This document shows positions 16,478 to 27,724 of a stretch of 32,000 nucleotides of DNA, piece by piece. The translations under genes and the position numbers were made by a program. Within the stretch, counting starts at the first letter, position 1. Each line of letters opens with the position of its first letter. The stretch is taken from positions 1,260,001 to 1,292,000 of the forward strand of contig NZ_LT934425.1 in the NCBI RefSeq assembly GCF_900232105.1, read 5' to 3'. Under the pieces are notes generated by a model. It worked only from the letters and a program-made list of their open reading frames with translations, was not told the origin of the DNA and searched no databases. Source of the DNA: Candidatus Kuenenia stuttgartensis. Lineage in GTDB: Bacteria > Planctomycetota > Brocadiia > Brocadiales > Brocadiaceae.

Positions 16478-18304
16478 ATGTGTGGAATTGTCGGGTATAT
16501 TGGACCTAAAAATGCCCTCAATGTTTTGATGCATGGTATCAAAAGGCTGGAATATCGTGGTTACGATTCTTCCGGGATTGCCTTTTTTGAAAACGGTTCC
16601 CTGCGCTGTGAGAAGGCTGTTGGAAAAATTGCAATGCTGGAAGAAAAATTAAGCGGTAATGTATGTATTTCACATGCAGGGATTGTTCATACGCGATGGG
16701 CGACCCATGGTACACCTACTTTTGAAAATGCGCATCCCCACTTTGATTGCCATAACGAAATCGCAGTGGTGCATAATGGGATCATTGAGAATTATGACTA
16801 TTTGAAATTAAAATTGCAGCAAAACGGCCATACGTTCAGAAGCCAGACAGATACCGAGGTGCTGGCGCATCTTATCGAGGAACATTACCGGGATAATCTT
16901 GAAACCGCTGTCATGGAAGCTCTGAAGAAAGTGGAAGGAACGTATGGGCTTGCAGCTATTTCTTCAAAAGATCCCGAAAAAATCGTAGCAGCAAGAAATG
17001 GATCACCGTTAATACTGGGGATTGGAGACCATGAATATTTCATTACTTCTGACGTGTCTGCCTCGTTGGAACATACACGGGAGGTAATGTACCTGGACGA
17101 CAATGAGATAGCAATCCTAACCCCCGAAGGTTACAAAACAAAGACCATACAAAACATCCCTACATATAAAAAAACAGAAGAGGTGTTGTGGAATATTGAT
17201 ATGATCGAAAAAGGCGGTTACAAACACTTCATGCTGAAAGAAATCCACGAACAGCCCCAGGCGCTTCTCAACCTTATGAGAGGAAGGGTGGACGGAAACC
17301 ACGGTCCGATAAAATTAGGCGGACTCATTAACCGGGAAAAAGAACTTTTAGAAGCAAAACGGATTATCATTATTGCGTGCGGAACGTCCTGGCATGCCGG
17401 ATTGGTCGGAGAGTATATGCTGGAAGAGTTGGTCAGGCTTCCCGTCGAAGTGGAATATGCATCTGAATTTCGTTATCGTAACCCCATTATCGAAAAAAAC
17501 ACCATAGTAATCGCCATCAGTCAATCGGGAGAAACAGCGGATACACTGGCGGCTATGCGCCAGGCAAAGGGAAAGGGGGCCGCAATGTTGTCAATCTGCA
17601 ATGTTGTCGGAAGCAGTATTGCCCGTGAGGCCGGATCGGGAATTTACCTGCATATCGGCCCGGAAATAGGGGTTGCATCTACAAAGGCATTTACTGCACA
17701 GATAGCCGCCTTCTATTTGTTTTCCCTTTACCTGTTGCTTCTGAAAAACAAAGACTACGCCATTCCGCCTGAAATGATTTCTGCTATCAGGACTATCCCT
17801 GACAAGATACAAACCATTCTCGACAGGGAAAAGGAAATAGGAGAAATCGCGAAAATCTACAAAGACACGAACCACGCCCTTTACCTTGGCAGAGGATTCA
17901 ACTATCCCGTGGCGCTTGAGGGTGCCCTTAAATTAAAGGAAATCTCATATATCCACGCAGAGGGCTATCCCGCGGCTGAAATGAAACACGGCCCCATTGC
18001 CCTTATTGACAAAAATATGCCGGTAATATTTATCGCAACAAAAGACAGTACGTACGGAAAAATACTCAACAACATTGAAGAAGTGAAATCAAGGGGTGGA
18101 AAAGTCATTGCAATTGCAACGGAAGGAGACAGAAAAATTACCGAAAAGGTCGATCATGTATTCCATATCCCGGAAACTTCAGGCGTTCTGATACCAATTC
18201 TTTCGGTAATTCCCCTCCAATTACTTGCATACCATATGGCAGTCTTACGTGGTTGCGATGTGGACAAGCCAAGAAATCTGGCAAAAAGCGTCACGGTAGA
18301 ATAA
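16478..18304 (+). CDS. glmS: Glutamine--fructose-6-phosphate aminotransferase (isomerizing)
   Basis: CGIVGYIGPKNAL, HTRWATHGTPTFENAHPH, two SIS domains (CGTSWHAGLVGEYMLEEL, SQSGETADTLAAMR), C-terminal DVDKPRNLAKSVTVE. Confidence 0.99.
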   Translation: MCGIVGYIGPKNALNVLMHGIKRLEYRGYDSSGIAFFENGSLRCEKAVGKIAMLEEKLSGNVCISHAGIVHTRWATHGTPTFENAHPHFDCHNEIAVVHNGIIENYDYLKLKLQQNGHTFRSQTDTEVLAHLIEEHYRDNLETAVMEALKKVEGTYGLAAISSKDPEKIVAARNGSPLILGIGDHEYFITSDVSASLEHTREVMYLDDNEIAILTPEGYKTKTIQNIPTYKKTEEVLWNIDMIEKGGYKHFMLKEIHEQPQALLNLMRGRVDGNHGPIKLGGLINREKELLEAKRIIIIACGTSWHAGLVGEYMLEELVRLPVEVEYASEFRYRNPIIEKNTIVIAISQSGETADTLAAMRQAKGKGAAMLSICNVVGSSIAREAGSGIYLHIGPEIGVASTKAFTAQIAAFYLFSLYLLLLKNKDYAIPPEMISAIRTIPDKIQTILDREKEIGEIAKIYKDTNHALYLGRGFNYPVALEGALKLKEISYIHAEGYPAAEMKHGPIALIDKNMPVIFIATKDSTYGKILNNIEEVKSRGGKVIAIATEGDRKITEKVDHVFHIPETSGVLIPILSVIPLQLLAYHMAVLRGCDVDKPRNLAKSVTVE

Positions 18305-18347
18305 AACAAAAAACACTATTTCATATAAGAACACAGAGAACGCTATT

Positions 18348-18980
18348 TTACTTTGCGTCCTTTTCCCACTTCTCTTTTAAATACCGCTCCCTTCCCGAGC
18401 CATATTTATACCTGTTGTACTGTGTCTGGTTTTTCTCATAATATTTCTGATGATACTCTTCCGCCTTGTAAAATGCCGAAGCAGGCACAATTTCCGTGAC
18501 AATTGGCTTATTAAATTTTCCTGATTTCTCCAACTCTTTTTTTGACGACTCGGCAAGATTTTTCTGTTCCTCCGTATGATAAAAGATTGCCGTTCGGTAT
18601 TGAGACCCTACGTCAGCAAATTGCCTGTTCATTGCAGTAGGATCAATATTTCTCCAAAATACTTGCAAAAGAGACGCGTAAGAAATGAGCGAGGGATCAT
18701 ACCATATCTCTATCGCTTCTGCATGGCCCGTCCTGCCGGAATATACATCCTCATAGGCAGGATTCTCAACATTGCCGCCGGTATATCCGACAGCAGTGGA
18801 AATCACGCCCTCTAATTGGTCGAAGGGCTGCTGCATGCACCAAAAACAACCCCCGGCAAAGGTAGCCATTTCATATTTTTTATGAGTCGTATCACTATCG
18901 CTATTTTTACTTTCACCACACAATGCGCCATTTATTCCTAAAACAATTAATATAAATAATGGAATCAAATAATTATTCAT
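18348..18980 (-). CDS. msrA: Peptide methionine sulfoxide reductase A with N-terminal signal sequence
   Basis: MNNYLIPLFILIVLGINGALCG signal or lipoprotein-like leader, then FAGGCFWCMQQPFDQLEGVISTAVGYTGG, GHAEAIEIWYDP, YHQKYYEKN. The ORF track extends upstream to 19067. ATG at 18980 gives a sensible signal peptide. Confidence 0.95.
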   Translation of the reverse strand: MNNYLIPLFILIVLGINGALCGESKNSDSDTTHKKYEMATFAGGCFWCMQQPFDQLEGVISTAVGYTGGNVENPAYEDVYSGRTGHAEAIEIWYDPSLISYASLLQVFWRNIDPTAMNRQFADVGSQYRTAIFYHTEEQKNLAESSKKELEKSGKFNKPIVTEIVPASAFYKAEEYHQKYYEKNQTQYNRYKYGSGRERYLKEKWEKDAK

Positions 18981-19426
18981 ACCAGCGCCCCCCTTACATG
19001 CTGTAATTTTGAAGATATTCGTTAATACACGTTTACTGCTTTTACCGAAAACGAAGCGTAATCTCATAGTATCAAATATTTGTCAGAATGAAAGAGGACA
19101 TCCCACAAAAAAATCCTCCAACTCTTATTATTATGCGACAAATACAGGTGGAAAAAGTTTGCATTTTTACAATAGGTTCTATAGTATTTACAAAACTTTA
19201 TTTTATCAATTATATACTCCATAAAATATTTATCTTGTTTGGAAATTTGTTTTCAACCGCGCAACATGGAATTATTGCCAACAAGGGCAACTGTCATGCA
19301 ACATTTTCAAATGAATCAATCACGGCGACTCAGGTTTGTCACCCGAACCCATGAAGTTATTTGGTCGCCAGCAGGGGGCGCATACTTTAATTATTTAATA
19401 CTTTCGCTTATCAATAAGGAGATGAA

Positions 19427-20038
19427 ATGTCAGACCAGAAGGTTACGAACATAAAATGGCATCATGGCAAGATTACAAAGGCGCACAGAATCGATCTGAT
19501 GAAACAAAAGGGAGTCACTATCTGGCTCACGGGTCTTTCAGGGTCTGGGAAATCCACCATTGCCGTAGAGCTTGAACACGCTCTTGTTGAAAATAAACAT
19601 CAGGCATATATACTCGATGGCGACAATATACGCCACGGCCTTAATAAGAATCTTGGGTTTTCCCCCGAGGACCGCGCAGAAAATATTCGGCGTATTGGAG
19701 AGGTCGCCAAACTTTTTACTGACGCAAATATAATAACAATAACCGCCTTTATCTCTCCCTATAAAGAAGACAGAGATAATGCGAGGAAATTGCAGAACGA
19801 AGGGGAATTTATAGAAATTTATGTGAAATGTCCGCTTAACGTGTGCGAACAACGCGATGTAAAGGGTCTCTATAAAAAAGCCAGGACTGGAGAAATAAAA
19901 GAATTTACGGGCATATCTGCGCCTTATGAAGAACCCTCCAACCCCGAGCTGACCATTGATACATCGGTAATGCCGGTAGAAGAATCAACCAGAGCTATTT
20001 TAAAATACCTCGAAGAAAACAGGTATGTACGATTCTGA
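19427..20038 (+). CDS. cysC: Adenylylsulfate (APS) kinase
   Basis: [23 protein letters not shown] (Walker A), [80 protein letters not shown] upstream. Confidence 0.97.
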   Translation: MSDQKVTNIKWHHGKITKAHRIDLMKQKGVTIWLTGLSGSGKSTIAVELEHALVENKHQAYILDGDNIRHGLNKNLGFSPEDRAENIRRIGEVAKLFTDANIITITAFISPYKEDRDNARKLQNEGEFIEIYVKCPLNVCEQRDVKGLYKKARTGEIKEFTGISAPYEEPSNPELTIDTSVMPVEESTRAILKYLEENRYVRF

Positions 20039-20115
20039 AAAAAAGGTGTAATCTTCTTTTTACGTAAAAGCATAACTTTATGCTGATTCTGCTCCTTCAC
20101 TTAAGAGCACATTAA

Positions 20116-21168
<1,053 letters not shown>

Positions 21169-21199
21169 AGTATAGTATAGCGGTTTCATTAAAATATCT

Positions 21200-22848
21200 A
21201 CATTACTTTGTTAAAAATTAAGCGGCGATTTTTTTCTTAAATCGAGCGGATTTAATTTTAAAACATTACTTTGTTAAAATAATATGCAAAACAACCTTAA
21301 TTCCCTCTATTTAAAAGGATTTATGCTTTGAAAAATCCTTGATTAATACCATACAATAAGTAGGATGCCGAACGCAAAGGCATACAAAATATATCACTTT
21401 ATGAACGGTTTCAGTGGTTTTTAACAAAGTAATGTTTAAAATATTCTTGTGAGAGTTTTTCGTTCTTTGATAAAGCGTTTGTTGATGAGAATTCAAGCAG
21501 GGAATTGATTGCTTTTTTGAATTCATTAAAGGTAGAAGGTTTTGTTTCTATGATTTTATCCAGATAAGCGTTTTGTTTTATCCAGTAAACGAATGTCCAT
21601 GAGATCAGACAAATATTCCAATATCGCTCAATCTTGTCAATGTGCCTTACCTGATAATGATCGAAATAAAAAGTATCCTTCAATTCCTTGAAACAGTGTT
21701 CAATACCCCAACGCAACAGATAGTTTGTGATAACCGTTTTTACAGAGGCGTCGAGTTGATTGGTGATAAGGACATGATATTTTTTATCATCTTCCTTGTT
21801 CCATTTTCCCAAAATTACCACAAACTTCAACGGGACATTGCAACCATTCAGTTTGGCGTCAAACGTGTAGGTTTTATAGGAGACTTCACTTCCATCCGCG
21901 GATTTTAAAGTAACATACTTGATTTTGCCGGCATAATGCTTTTTGATGAGGGTCACGAGCTCATCTGGTTTGATTATGCAATATTTTTGTTTTTCCGGAT
22001 GGTACATGGAGATATTTCTGTTTGATTTTATTTCTGAAAAAAAGTGTTTCTTTTTTGCGTGAATATGTTCGAGAAACCGTTGAGAGGCATACCATGTGTC
22101 GAAGGCAATAGCTGAAAAATCAAAGGCGTTCGAAGCAGCATCAAACATATCCATTGCTATTTGTATTTTGTCTTTAAATTTGGGGTCATTTTTCCCTTCC
22201 CCGAACTCATCGGCAGGAAGGTAGGGAATAACATCCAGGGGAAAATGTTTTGTTTTTGAGACAAATGCCGCGCCAACAACAACATTGCAGGTTTCCGGCC
22301 TTTTAAGCGGACCGCAATATTGCCATTTGGCTGCCTCTGTATTTTTAGCATAGGGCTTTGGACATCCGGTATCATCTATGGTAAGGATGCTGTCTTTTGA
22401 CAATGCCGTGGTTCTTTGTTTTTGGATAATGTCCATTCTTTTCTGCTTTAATGCGGGTAAATCCCATTTGGATTCAGAAAAGAAGTATTGAAATTTCTGG
22501 TAATCCGTATGAACGGCTTGCGCCATGGCCTCCAGTGAATTTCTTTTATAGTCTTTAAACATTGCGTAGACGACAAGTAGAAACATTGCAAATTGTTTTT
22601 TAGTAAAACACGATGCAAAATGTTCAAGAAATTTATTTAATAACGGTATGTTTGTTCTGAAAATACTCAAATCCTTTGCTCCGGTAATTGATTGTGTAAA
22701 AAATTTACAAGTGCAATTAATACCGGAAGTAACGAGCAAAATCAAGAGTAAATATTTGTCGCAAAGCATTGCTAAGTCATAAGTTGTGGCCGACTCGACT
22801 TACGACTTAAAAATATTTTTTCAGACGCTTTCTTTAACAAAGTAATGT
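21200..22848 (-). mobile_element. Insertion sequence (IS4-superfamily, IS701-like transposase) with 16-bp terminal inverted repeats
   Basis: Left ACATTACTTTGTTAAA (21200-21215) and right TTTAACAAAGTAATGT-type end (to 22848) are inverted repeats. ATCT directly flanks both ends (21196-21199 and 22849-22852), giving a candidate 4-bp target duplication. It encloses an intact transposase ORF. Confidence 0.75.
21411..22769 (-). CDS. IS4-superfamily (IS701-like) transposase
   Basis: 452 aa DDE-type protein: SILTIDDTGCPKPYAK, DFSAIAFDTWYAS, YLLRWGIEHCFKELKDTFYFDHYQVR. Confidence 0.85.
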   Translation of the reverse strand: MLCDKYLLLILLVTSGINCTCKFFTQSITGAKDLSIFRTNIPLLNKFLEHFASCFTKKQFAMFLLVVYAMFKDYKRNSLEAMAQAVHTDYQKFQYFFSESKWDLPALKQKRMDIIQKQRTTALSKDSILTIDDTGCPKPYAKNTEAAKWQYCGPLKRPETCNVVVGAAFVSKTKHFPLDVIPYLPADEFGEGKNDPKFKDKIQIAMDMFDAASNAFDFSAIAFDTWYASQRFLEHIHAKKKHFFSEIKSNRNISMYHPEKQKYCIIKPDELVTLIKKHYAGKIKYVTLKSADGSEVSYKTYTFDAKLNGCNVPLKFVVILGKWNKEDDKKYHVLITNQLDASVKTVITNYLLRWGIEHCFKELKDTFYFDHYQVRHIDKIERYWNICLISWTFVYWIKQNAYLDKIIETKPSTFNEFKKAINSLLEFSSTNALSKNEKLSQEYFKHYFVKNH

Positions 22849-22863
22849 ATCTACATTGATACC

Positions 22864-22950
22864 GTCATTGCGAGCGACAGCGAAGCAATCTTAAGTCTTT
22901 TGGGACAAGAGATTGCTTCGTCGCTCCACTCCTCGCAATGACATTTTTTT
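22864..22950. repeat. Imperfect palindromic intergenic repeat (GTCATTGCGAG...CTCGCAATGAC) followed by a T-tract
   Basis: GTCATTGCGAGCGACAGCGAAGCAATC ... GATTGCTTCGTCGCTCCACTCCTCGCAATGAC, then TTTTTTT. The arms are long and complementary. Confidence 0.85.
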
Positions 22951-23092
22951 ACGTACACATTTTAACGAAACGATGTAATAGTATCGGTACAGAAGTAGGG
23001 TCAAATGTCCAAATAAATAAATGTTTTCATGCCCTTTTGCGTGCCATCGGCTAATGAATGTTTACTCTGACGGAGCTGTTCAATGAGGTATT

Positions 23093-23650
23093 TTATTTAG
23101 CGAACCGTATTTCATATTTACTTATAAAAGCAGATGGTAACCCGACAATCATCGATTCAAAAGATTCTGTGCCTTCGTTCGGAATATCAGGAATGGAAAA
23201 CTCCTCTTCTTTTAAAAAAATGCCCCGGTCATCGTAAATGCTTAATTTAAATTTTGCAAAGCGGTAATTTTTGCCGGATTTGTTTGTGATTTCCCCTGTT
23301 AATAACACGTTTTCACCAAAAGGACTAAAACGTACATTTCTGGCAAAAAATCCGTCCCCAAGATCCTCATACCCCACCATAACAGGTGCGGCAACAAAAT
23401 CCTCACGATGCACTTTAGCATCCATCTTTTTTTTCGGCGCTTCACCGGATGGCGCTGCTACACCAGCAGCACCCGTAAGCTGTTTTTCCAGTACATTAAC
23501 GCGCTTCTCAAGTGATTCTATCCGGGATACCAGATTTGAAATGACAATTTCCAGCAACTGCACCTTATTTGATACATCCTGAGCAAATAAAGTATTGCTA
23601 CCGATAATGATGAACATTATAAATGATATAAAAATAGAAAATCTTTTCAT
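23093..23650 (-). CDS. Secreted hypothetical protein with a coiled-coil segment and a FxLYD-like C-terminal domain
   Basis: Signal peptide MKRFSIFISFIMFIIIGSNTLFA, heptad-like LVSRIESLEKRVNVLEKQL, then LTGEITNKSGKNYRFAKFKLSIYDDRGIFLKEE. The direct overlapping ORF has no recognisable features. Confidence 0.7.
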   Translation of the reverse strand: MKRFSIFISFIMFIIIGSNTLFAQDVSNKVQLLEIVISNLVSRIESLEKRVNVLEKQLTGAAGVAAPSGEAPKKKMDAKVHREDFVAAPVMVGYEDLGDGFFARNVRFSPFGENVLLTGEITNKSGKNYRFAKFKLSIYDDRGIFLKEEEFSIPDIPNEGTESFESMIVGLPSAFISKYEIRFAK

Positions 23651-24253
23651 CGGTGTTTCCTTTCAAAAAAATCATTAATCATTTTCATCACATCTTTCTA
23701 TTCACGAATCGTTCTTCTATATGTGATTCAATAGCACTGCCCTCTATTGCATACCACTCCCCATGTGCGAGAAGGTAAAACCCCGAAAATCCCGTTGTTG
23801 TGAAATTGCAGGTTTTTTTACGAAAAATTATCATATCATAATTAAAATAATTAATGCAAGTGTGTTTCTATTAAGTAATTACATAAAATCAAATAAAGCG
23901 TTATAACTTGACATTAGGCAATGCAATTGCTACTATTCACTCATATTTATGCGTTTTACCTGAATGTTTCCGTAATAGGGGAAATTGTTGCCAGAAAATT
24001 CAAGTGATACGGAAAATTTTATTCCATTTGCGCCTTAAGGCTATGGATGTTTCATTATTGCGGAATGCAGACTTCTATTTAAAAACGGTATCTGCGTTTT
24101 GTATTCACAAAAGAGTTACGTTGTAGAAGAAATTACGGGTACCGCAGATTGCGATGATTTCACAAAGAGAAATCTCAATAATTTGTGTAATCCTTAAAAT
24201 CTGTGGTTTCACACACTTTTTATAGGTACGAGGCTTTGTCCCGATAGATTTAT

Positions 24254-25135
24254 ATGCGACAAATTTTAACCATTCGATACGGCGTATTAAAAAATACCGG
24301 AGATTTTTTTGCGCCAATGAACTCAATAAAAAGGGGTGACGAGGTGATCATCCGCTCTCACAGAGGAATAGAATTTGGCACTGTTATTGCCAAAGTACGT
24401 GAAATAGAAGATGATGCATCCGTCGAATATCTTGGGGAAGTTTTGAGAAAAGCAACACCTGAGGATAAAGAAAAGCAGAAAAAAATAGACCAGGAAACCA
24501 TCCCAAGCGAATCGAAATTTTGCCAAATGAAGATGAAAGAACATAAACTCCTCATGAAACTTGCATACGTAGAGCACTTATTTGGGAGTAAAAAAATCAT
24601 TTTTTATTTTCTTGCCAATGGACGCGTTGATTTCAGAGAACTGGTAAAGGATCTTGCAAAAGAATATCAGGCGCGAATAGAGTTGAAACAAATTGGCGTA
24701 CGCGATGAAGCAAGGCTTTTGGCGGATTACGAACACTGCGGGCAGGAACTATGCTGCCGGTCTTTTCTGAAAAACCTGGAACCGGTTACGATGAAAATGG
24801 CAAAAAACCAAAAAGCTACCCTGGACCCCTCTAAAATATCGGGGAGATGTGGCAGGTTGATGTGTTGTCTGCGTTACGAGGACCGCGTTTATGAAGAGTT
24901 AAAACAAGGACTTCCTAAAAAAGGAACTTCCGTGAAAACCGCAAAAGGCATCGGAGAAATAATCAACCACGATATTTTGCAGCAACAGGTTACTGTGGAA
25001 TTGGAAAATGGAAGCCGGTTTACCGTTTCCACAAAAGAGATAACCCGGGTGGTACAAAATAAACCTGCACCGCCCGCCCAGAAGGGGAAAAGCGATTGTC
25101 TTCAATCCTGCAAAGAGGATTGTGGCCATGGGTAG
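24254..25135 (+). CDS. PSP1 C-terminal domain / RicT (YaaT)-like protein
   Basis: KRGDEVIIRSHRGIEFGTVI, FYFLANGRVDFRELVKDLAKEYQARIELKQIGVRDEARLLADYEHCGQELCCRSFL, ISGRCGRLMCCLRYE. Confidence 0.93.
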   Translation: MRQILTIRYGVLKNTGDFFAPMNSIKRGDEVIIRSHRGIEFGTVIAKVREIEDDASVEYLGEVLRKATPEDKEKQKKIDQETIPSESKFCQMKMKEHKLLMKLAYVEHLFGSKKIIFYFLANGRVDFRELVKDLAKEYQARIELKQIGVRDEARLLADYEHCGQELCCRSFLKNLEPVTMKMAKNQKATLDPSKISGRCGRLMCCLRYEDRVYEELKQGLPKKGTSVKTAKGIGEIINHDILQQQVTVELENGSRFTVSTKEITRVVQNKPAPPAQKGKSDCLQSCKEDCGHG

Positions 25136-26690
25136 ACAGTCTTTTTATCTTACCACACCTATCTATTACGTAAATGATATACCTCATATCGGACATTCTT
25201 ACACTACCATAGCCGCAGATGTTTTAGCCAGGTACAGAAGATTGCAGCAATATGACGTATTTTTTTTGACCGGTTCAGATGAACACGGGCAGAAAATTCA
25301 AAAGGCTGCCGAAGCCTGCAACAAAACACCTAATGATTTTGTCGATATGGTTGTAGGCAAGTTCAAAGATCTGTGGGAAAATCTTAATATTTCCAACGAC
25401 GACTTCATACGCACCACCGACGAACGGCATGTTAAACGTGTCAAAAAGATATTTCAGAAGTTATTCGAAAACGGCGATATTTACCTTGGAGAATACGAAG
25501 GGAGATACTGCGTCCCCTGTGAAAGCTTTTGGACAGAAACGCAACTCGATGAAGGAAGGTGTCCGGAATGCAGACGCAATGTAGAAAAAGTAAAAGAAAA
25601 AAATTATTTCTTTCGGTTATCAAAATATCAAAAACCGCTTATTGAACACTATGATAAGCATCCGGAATTTATTCAACCAGAATCAAGACGAAATGAAATA
25701 CTCCAAAGAATAACCTCTCATATTGAAGATATCAGCATAAGCAGATCTGCAGTAACCTGGGGAATTCAAGTGCCCATGGATACTACGCAAACAATATATG
25801 TTTGGATAGACGCACTTTTGAACTACATAACGGCTCTGGGCTATGATGATGATATGGAGCTATTCCAGAAATACTGGCCTGCAAATGTACATATCATAGG
25901 AAAGGAAATATTGTGGTTTCATGGGGCAATCTGGCCGGCAATCCTTATGTCATTAAAAATAGAATTACCCTTTAAAATCTTTACCCACGGCTGGTGGACA
26001 ATTGAAGGGCAAAAGATTTCCAAATCATTGGGAAACGCAATAGACCCATTAAACATTATCCAAATCTATGGTACGGATGCTTACCGGTATTTCATCCTCA
26101 GAGAAGTTCCTTTCGGATCCGACGGCAATTTTTCCTACACCGCTTTAACAAACAGGATTAATTCTGACCTTGGCAATGACCTGGGTAATCTGCTACAACG
26201 TACACTCACCATGATTGAAAAATATTTCGATGCAGTGATACCTGAATATTCAGAGAAAGACGATGTATTAAAGGAAATCTCTCAAAACACCCTCAGTAAA
26301 ATAAACAAGGAATTGGACAATCTTCAATTTAGCAAAGCGTTGGAAGCAATCTGGGAGTTTGTGGGAAGCGCAAATAAATGTATTGAAGAAAAAAAACCAT
26401 GGGTGCTTGCAAAAACGAGCGCCTACAAACCGCAACTGAAAAATGTAATCAGCTCGCTGGCAAAGGCAATCAAAGATATTTCAATAGTTATTTACCCTTT
26501 TATGCCAAACACCTGCATTGAAATACAAAAACAACTTGGTATTCTGGAAAACAATGAATCCCCTTGCCTGGAATATCAGCAGATCATAAAAAGCGGCGTT
26601 ATCGTAAAAAAAGGGAAGCCATTGTTCCCCAGGATTGAAAAAGAAACTGAAAATCCTGGGAAAAATATAGCGATGAATAATAAAGTTTAA
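25128..26690 (+). CDS. metG: Methionyl-tRNA synthetase
   Basis: YLTTPIYYVNDIPHIGHSYTTIAADVLARY (HIGH), CVPCESFW...CPEC zinc site, KISKSLGNAIDP (KMSKS-type). It overlaps the 3' end of the upstream ORF. The alternative start is 25122. Confidence 0.97.
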   Translation: MGRQSFYLTTPIYYVNDIPHIGHSYTTIAADVLARYRRLQQYDVFFLTGSDEHGQKIQKAAEACNKTPNDFVDMVVGKFKDLWENLNISNDDFIRTTDERHVKRVKKIFQKLFENGDIYLGEYEGRYCVPCESFWTETQLDEGRCPECRRNVEKVKEKNYFFRLSKYQKPLIEHYDKHPEFIQPESRRNEILQRITSHIEDISISRSAVTWGIQVPMDTTQTIYVWIDALLNYITALGYDDDMELFQKYWPANVHIIGKEILWFHGAIWPAILMSLKIELPFKIFTHGWWTIEGQKISKSLGNAIDPLNIIQIYGTDAYRYFILREVPFGSDGNFSYTALTNRINSDLGNDLGNLLQRTLTMIEKYFDAVIPEYSEKDDVLKEISQNTLSKINKELDNLQFSKALEAIWEFVGSANKCIEEKKPWVLAKTSAYKPQLKNVISSLAKAIKDISIVIYPFMPNTCIEIQKQLGILENNESPCLEYQQIIKSGVIVKKGKPLFPRIEKETENPGKNIAMNNKV

Positions 26691-26707
26691 TAACAAGGAG
26701 CGGAAAA

Positions 26708-27529
26708 ATGCACTTTCAGAAAAAAAACATTTCTTATTTCTTAATACTTATTTCCTTTTTTTGTTTATCGTGTAGTTCTGTACCCATCACCGGCAGAAAA
26801 CAAGTGAGCTTTATTCCCGAATCAACAATACTTAACATGAGTTTCCAGCAATATCAGGAATTTGTTAAAACCAATGCGTTGAGTAAAAACCAGGAAGAAT
26901 CCAACATGGTGAAAAAGGTTGGGAAAAGGATACAAGGTGCTGTAGAACAATACTTTGCACAAAACAACATGTCTCATGAATTAAAGGATTATGCATGGGA
27001 ATTTAATCTTGTGGAAAGTAACGATGTGAATGCATGGGCAATGCCAGGCGGAAAAGTAGTGGTATATACGGGAATATTGCCGGTAACAAAAGACGAAAAC
27101 GGCCTCGCGGTGGTTATGGGACATGAGGTGGCGCATGCAGTTGCAAAACATGGTAATGAACGAATGAGCCAGGAATTAATGACACAAATGGGAGAAACAG
27201 CGGTTTCTGTTGCTTTAAGCGGCAAATCGGATATGACAAAACAAGTTGTTTCCGCTGCATATGGGTATGGCAGTCAATACGGCGTTCTGCTTCCTTATAG
27301 TCGCCTTCATGAAAGCGAGGCAGACTATCTTGGGCTGATTTTTATGGCTATGGCGGGATACGACCCTCATCATGCGGTAGACTTCTGGCAGAGAATGGCA
27401 GATACGAAGAATGGCGAAACAGTTCCTGAATTTATGAGTACCCATCCTTCTGACGATACCAGAATAAGGAAGATAAGAGAAAAAATACCCGAGGCGATGC
27501 AGTATTATAAAAAACCTATGGAGCAATAG
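26708..27529 (+). CDS. M48-family metalloprotease, predicted lipoprotein
   Basis: Lipobox-like FFCLSCSSVPITGRKQVSFIPES, catalytic HEVAHAVAKHGNERMSQ, SRLHESEADYLGL. Confidence 0.93.
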   Translation: MHFQKKNISYFLILISFFCLSCSSVPITGRKQVSFIPESTILNMSFQQYQEFVKTNALSKNQEESNMVKKVGKRIQGAVEQYFAQNNMSHELKDYAWEFNLVESNDVNAWAMPGGKVVVYTGILPVTKDENGLAVVMGHEVAHAVAKHGNERMSQELMTQMGETAVSVALSGKSDMTKQVVSAAYGYGSQYGVLLPYSRLHESEADYLGLIFMAMAGYDPHHAVDFWQRMADTKNGETVPEFMSTHPSDDTRIRKIREKIPEAMQYYKKPMEQ

Positions 27530-27638
27530 AGGGGGTCACGGTCAAACCGGAAAGGATTCCAACGAAGCAATCTAAGTGCACAAAACAAAAAATATCCATT
27601 GATAATTTACGGGAAAATATTATACTGGATAAAAATAT

Positions 27639-27724
27639 GCCAGAGTGGTGGAATTGGCAGACACGCCAGACTCAAAATCTGGTCATCTTCACCGGTGGTG
27701 TGGGTTCGAGTCCCACCTCTGGCA
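27639..27724 (+). tRNA. tRNA-Leu (anticodon CAA)
   Basis: Acceptor GCCAGAG/CTCTGGC, anticodon stem-loop CCAGA-CTCAAAA-TCTGG with CAA at 27673-27675, long variable arm, T-arm GTGGGTTCGAGTCCCAC, discriminator A. CCA is not encoded. Confidence 0.96.

Noticed and set aside
21411-22769. Possibility that the IS transposase is a domesticated gene
   Set aside because: It has flanking inverted repeats and a candidate target duplication, which fits an ordinary IS.
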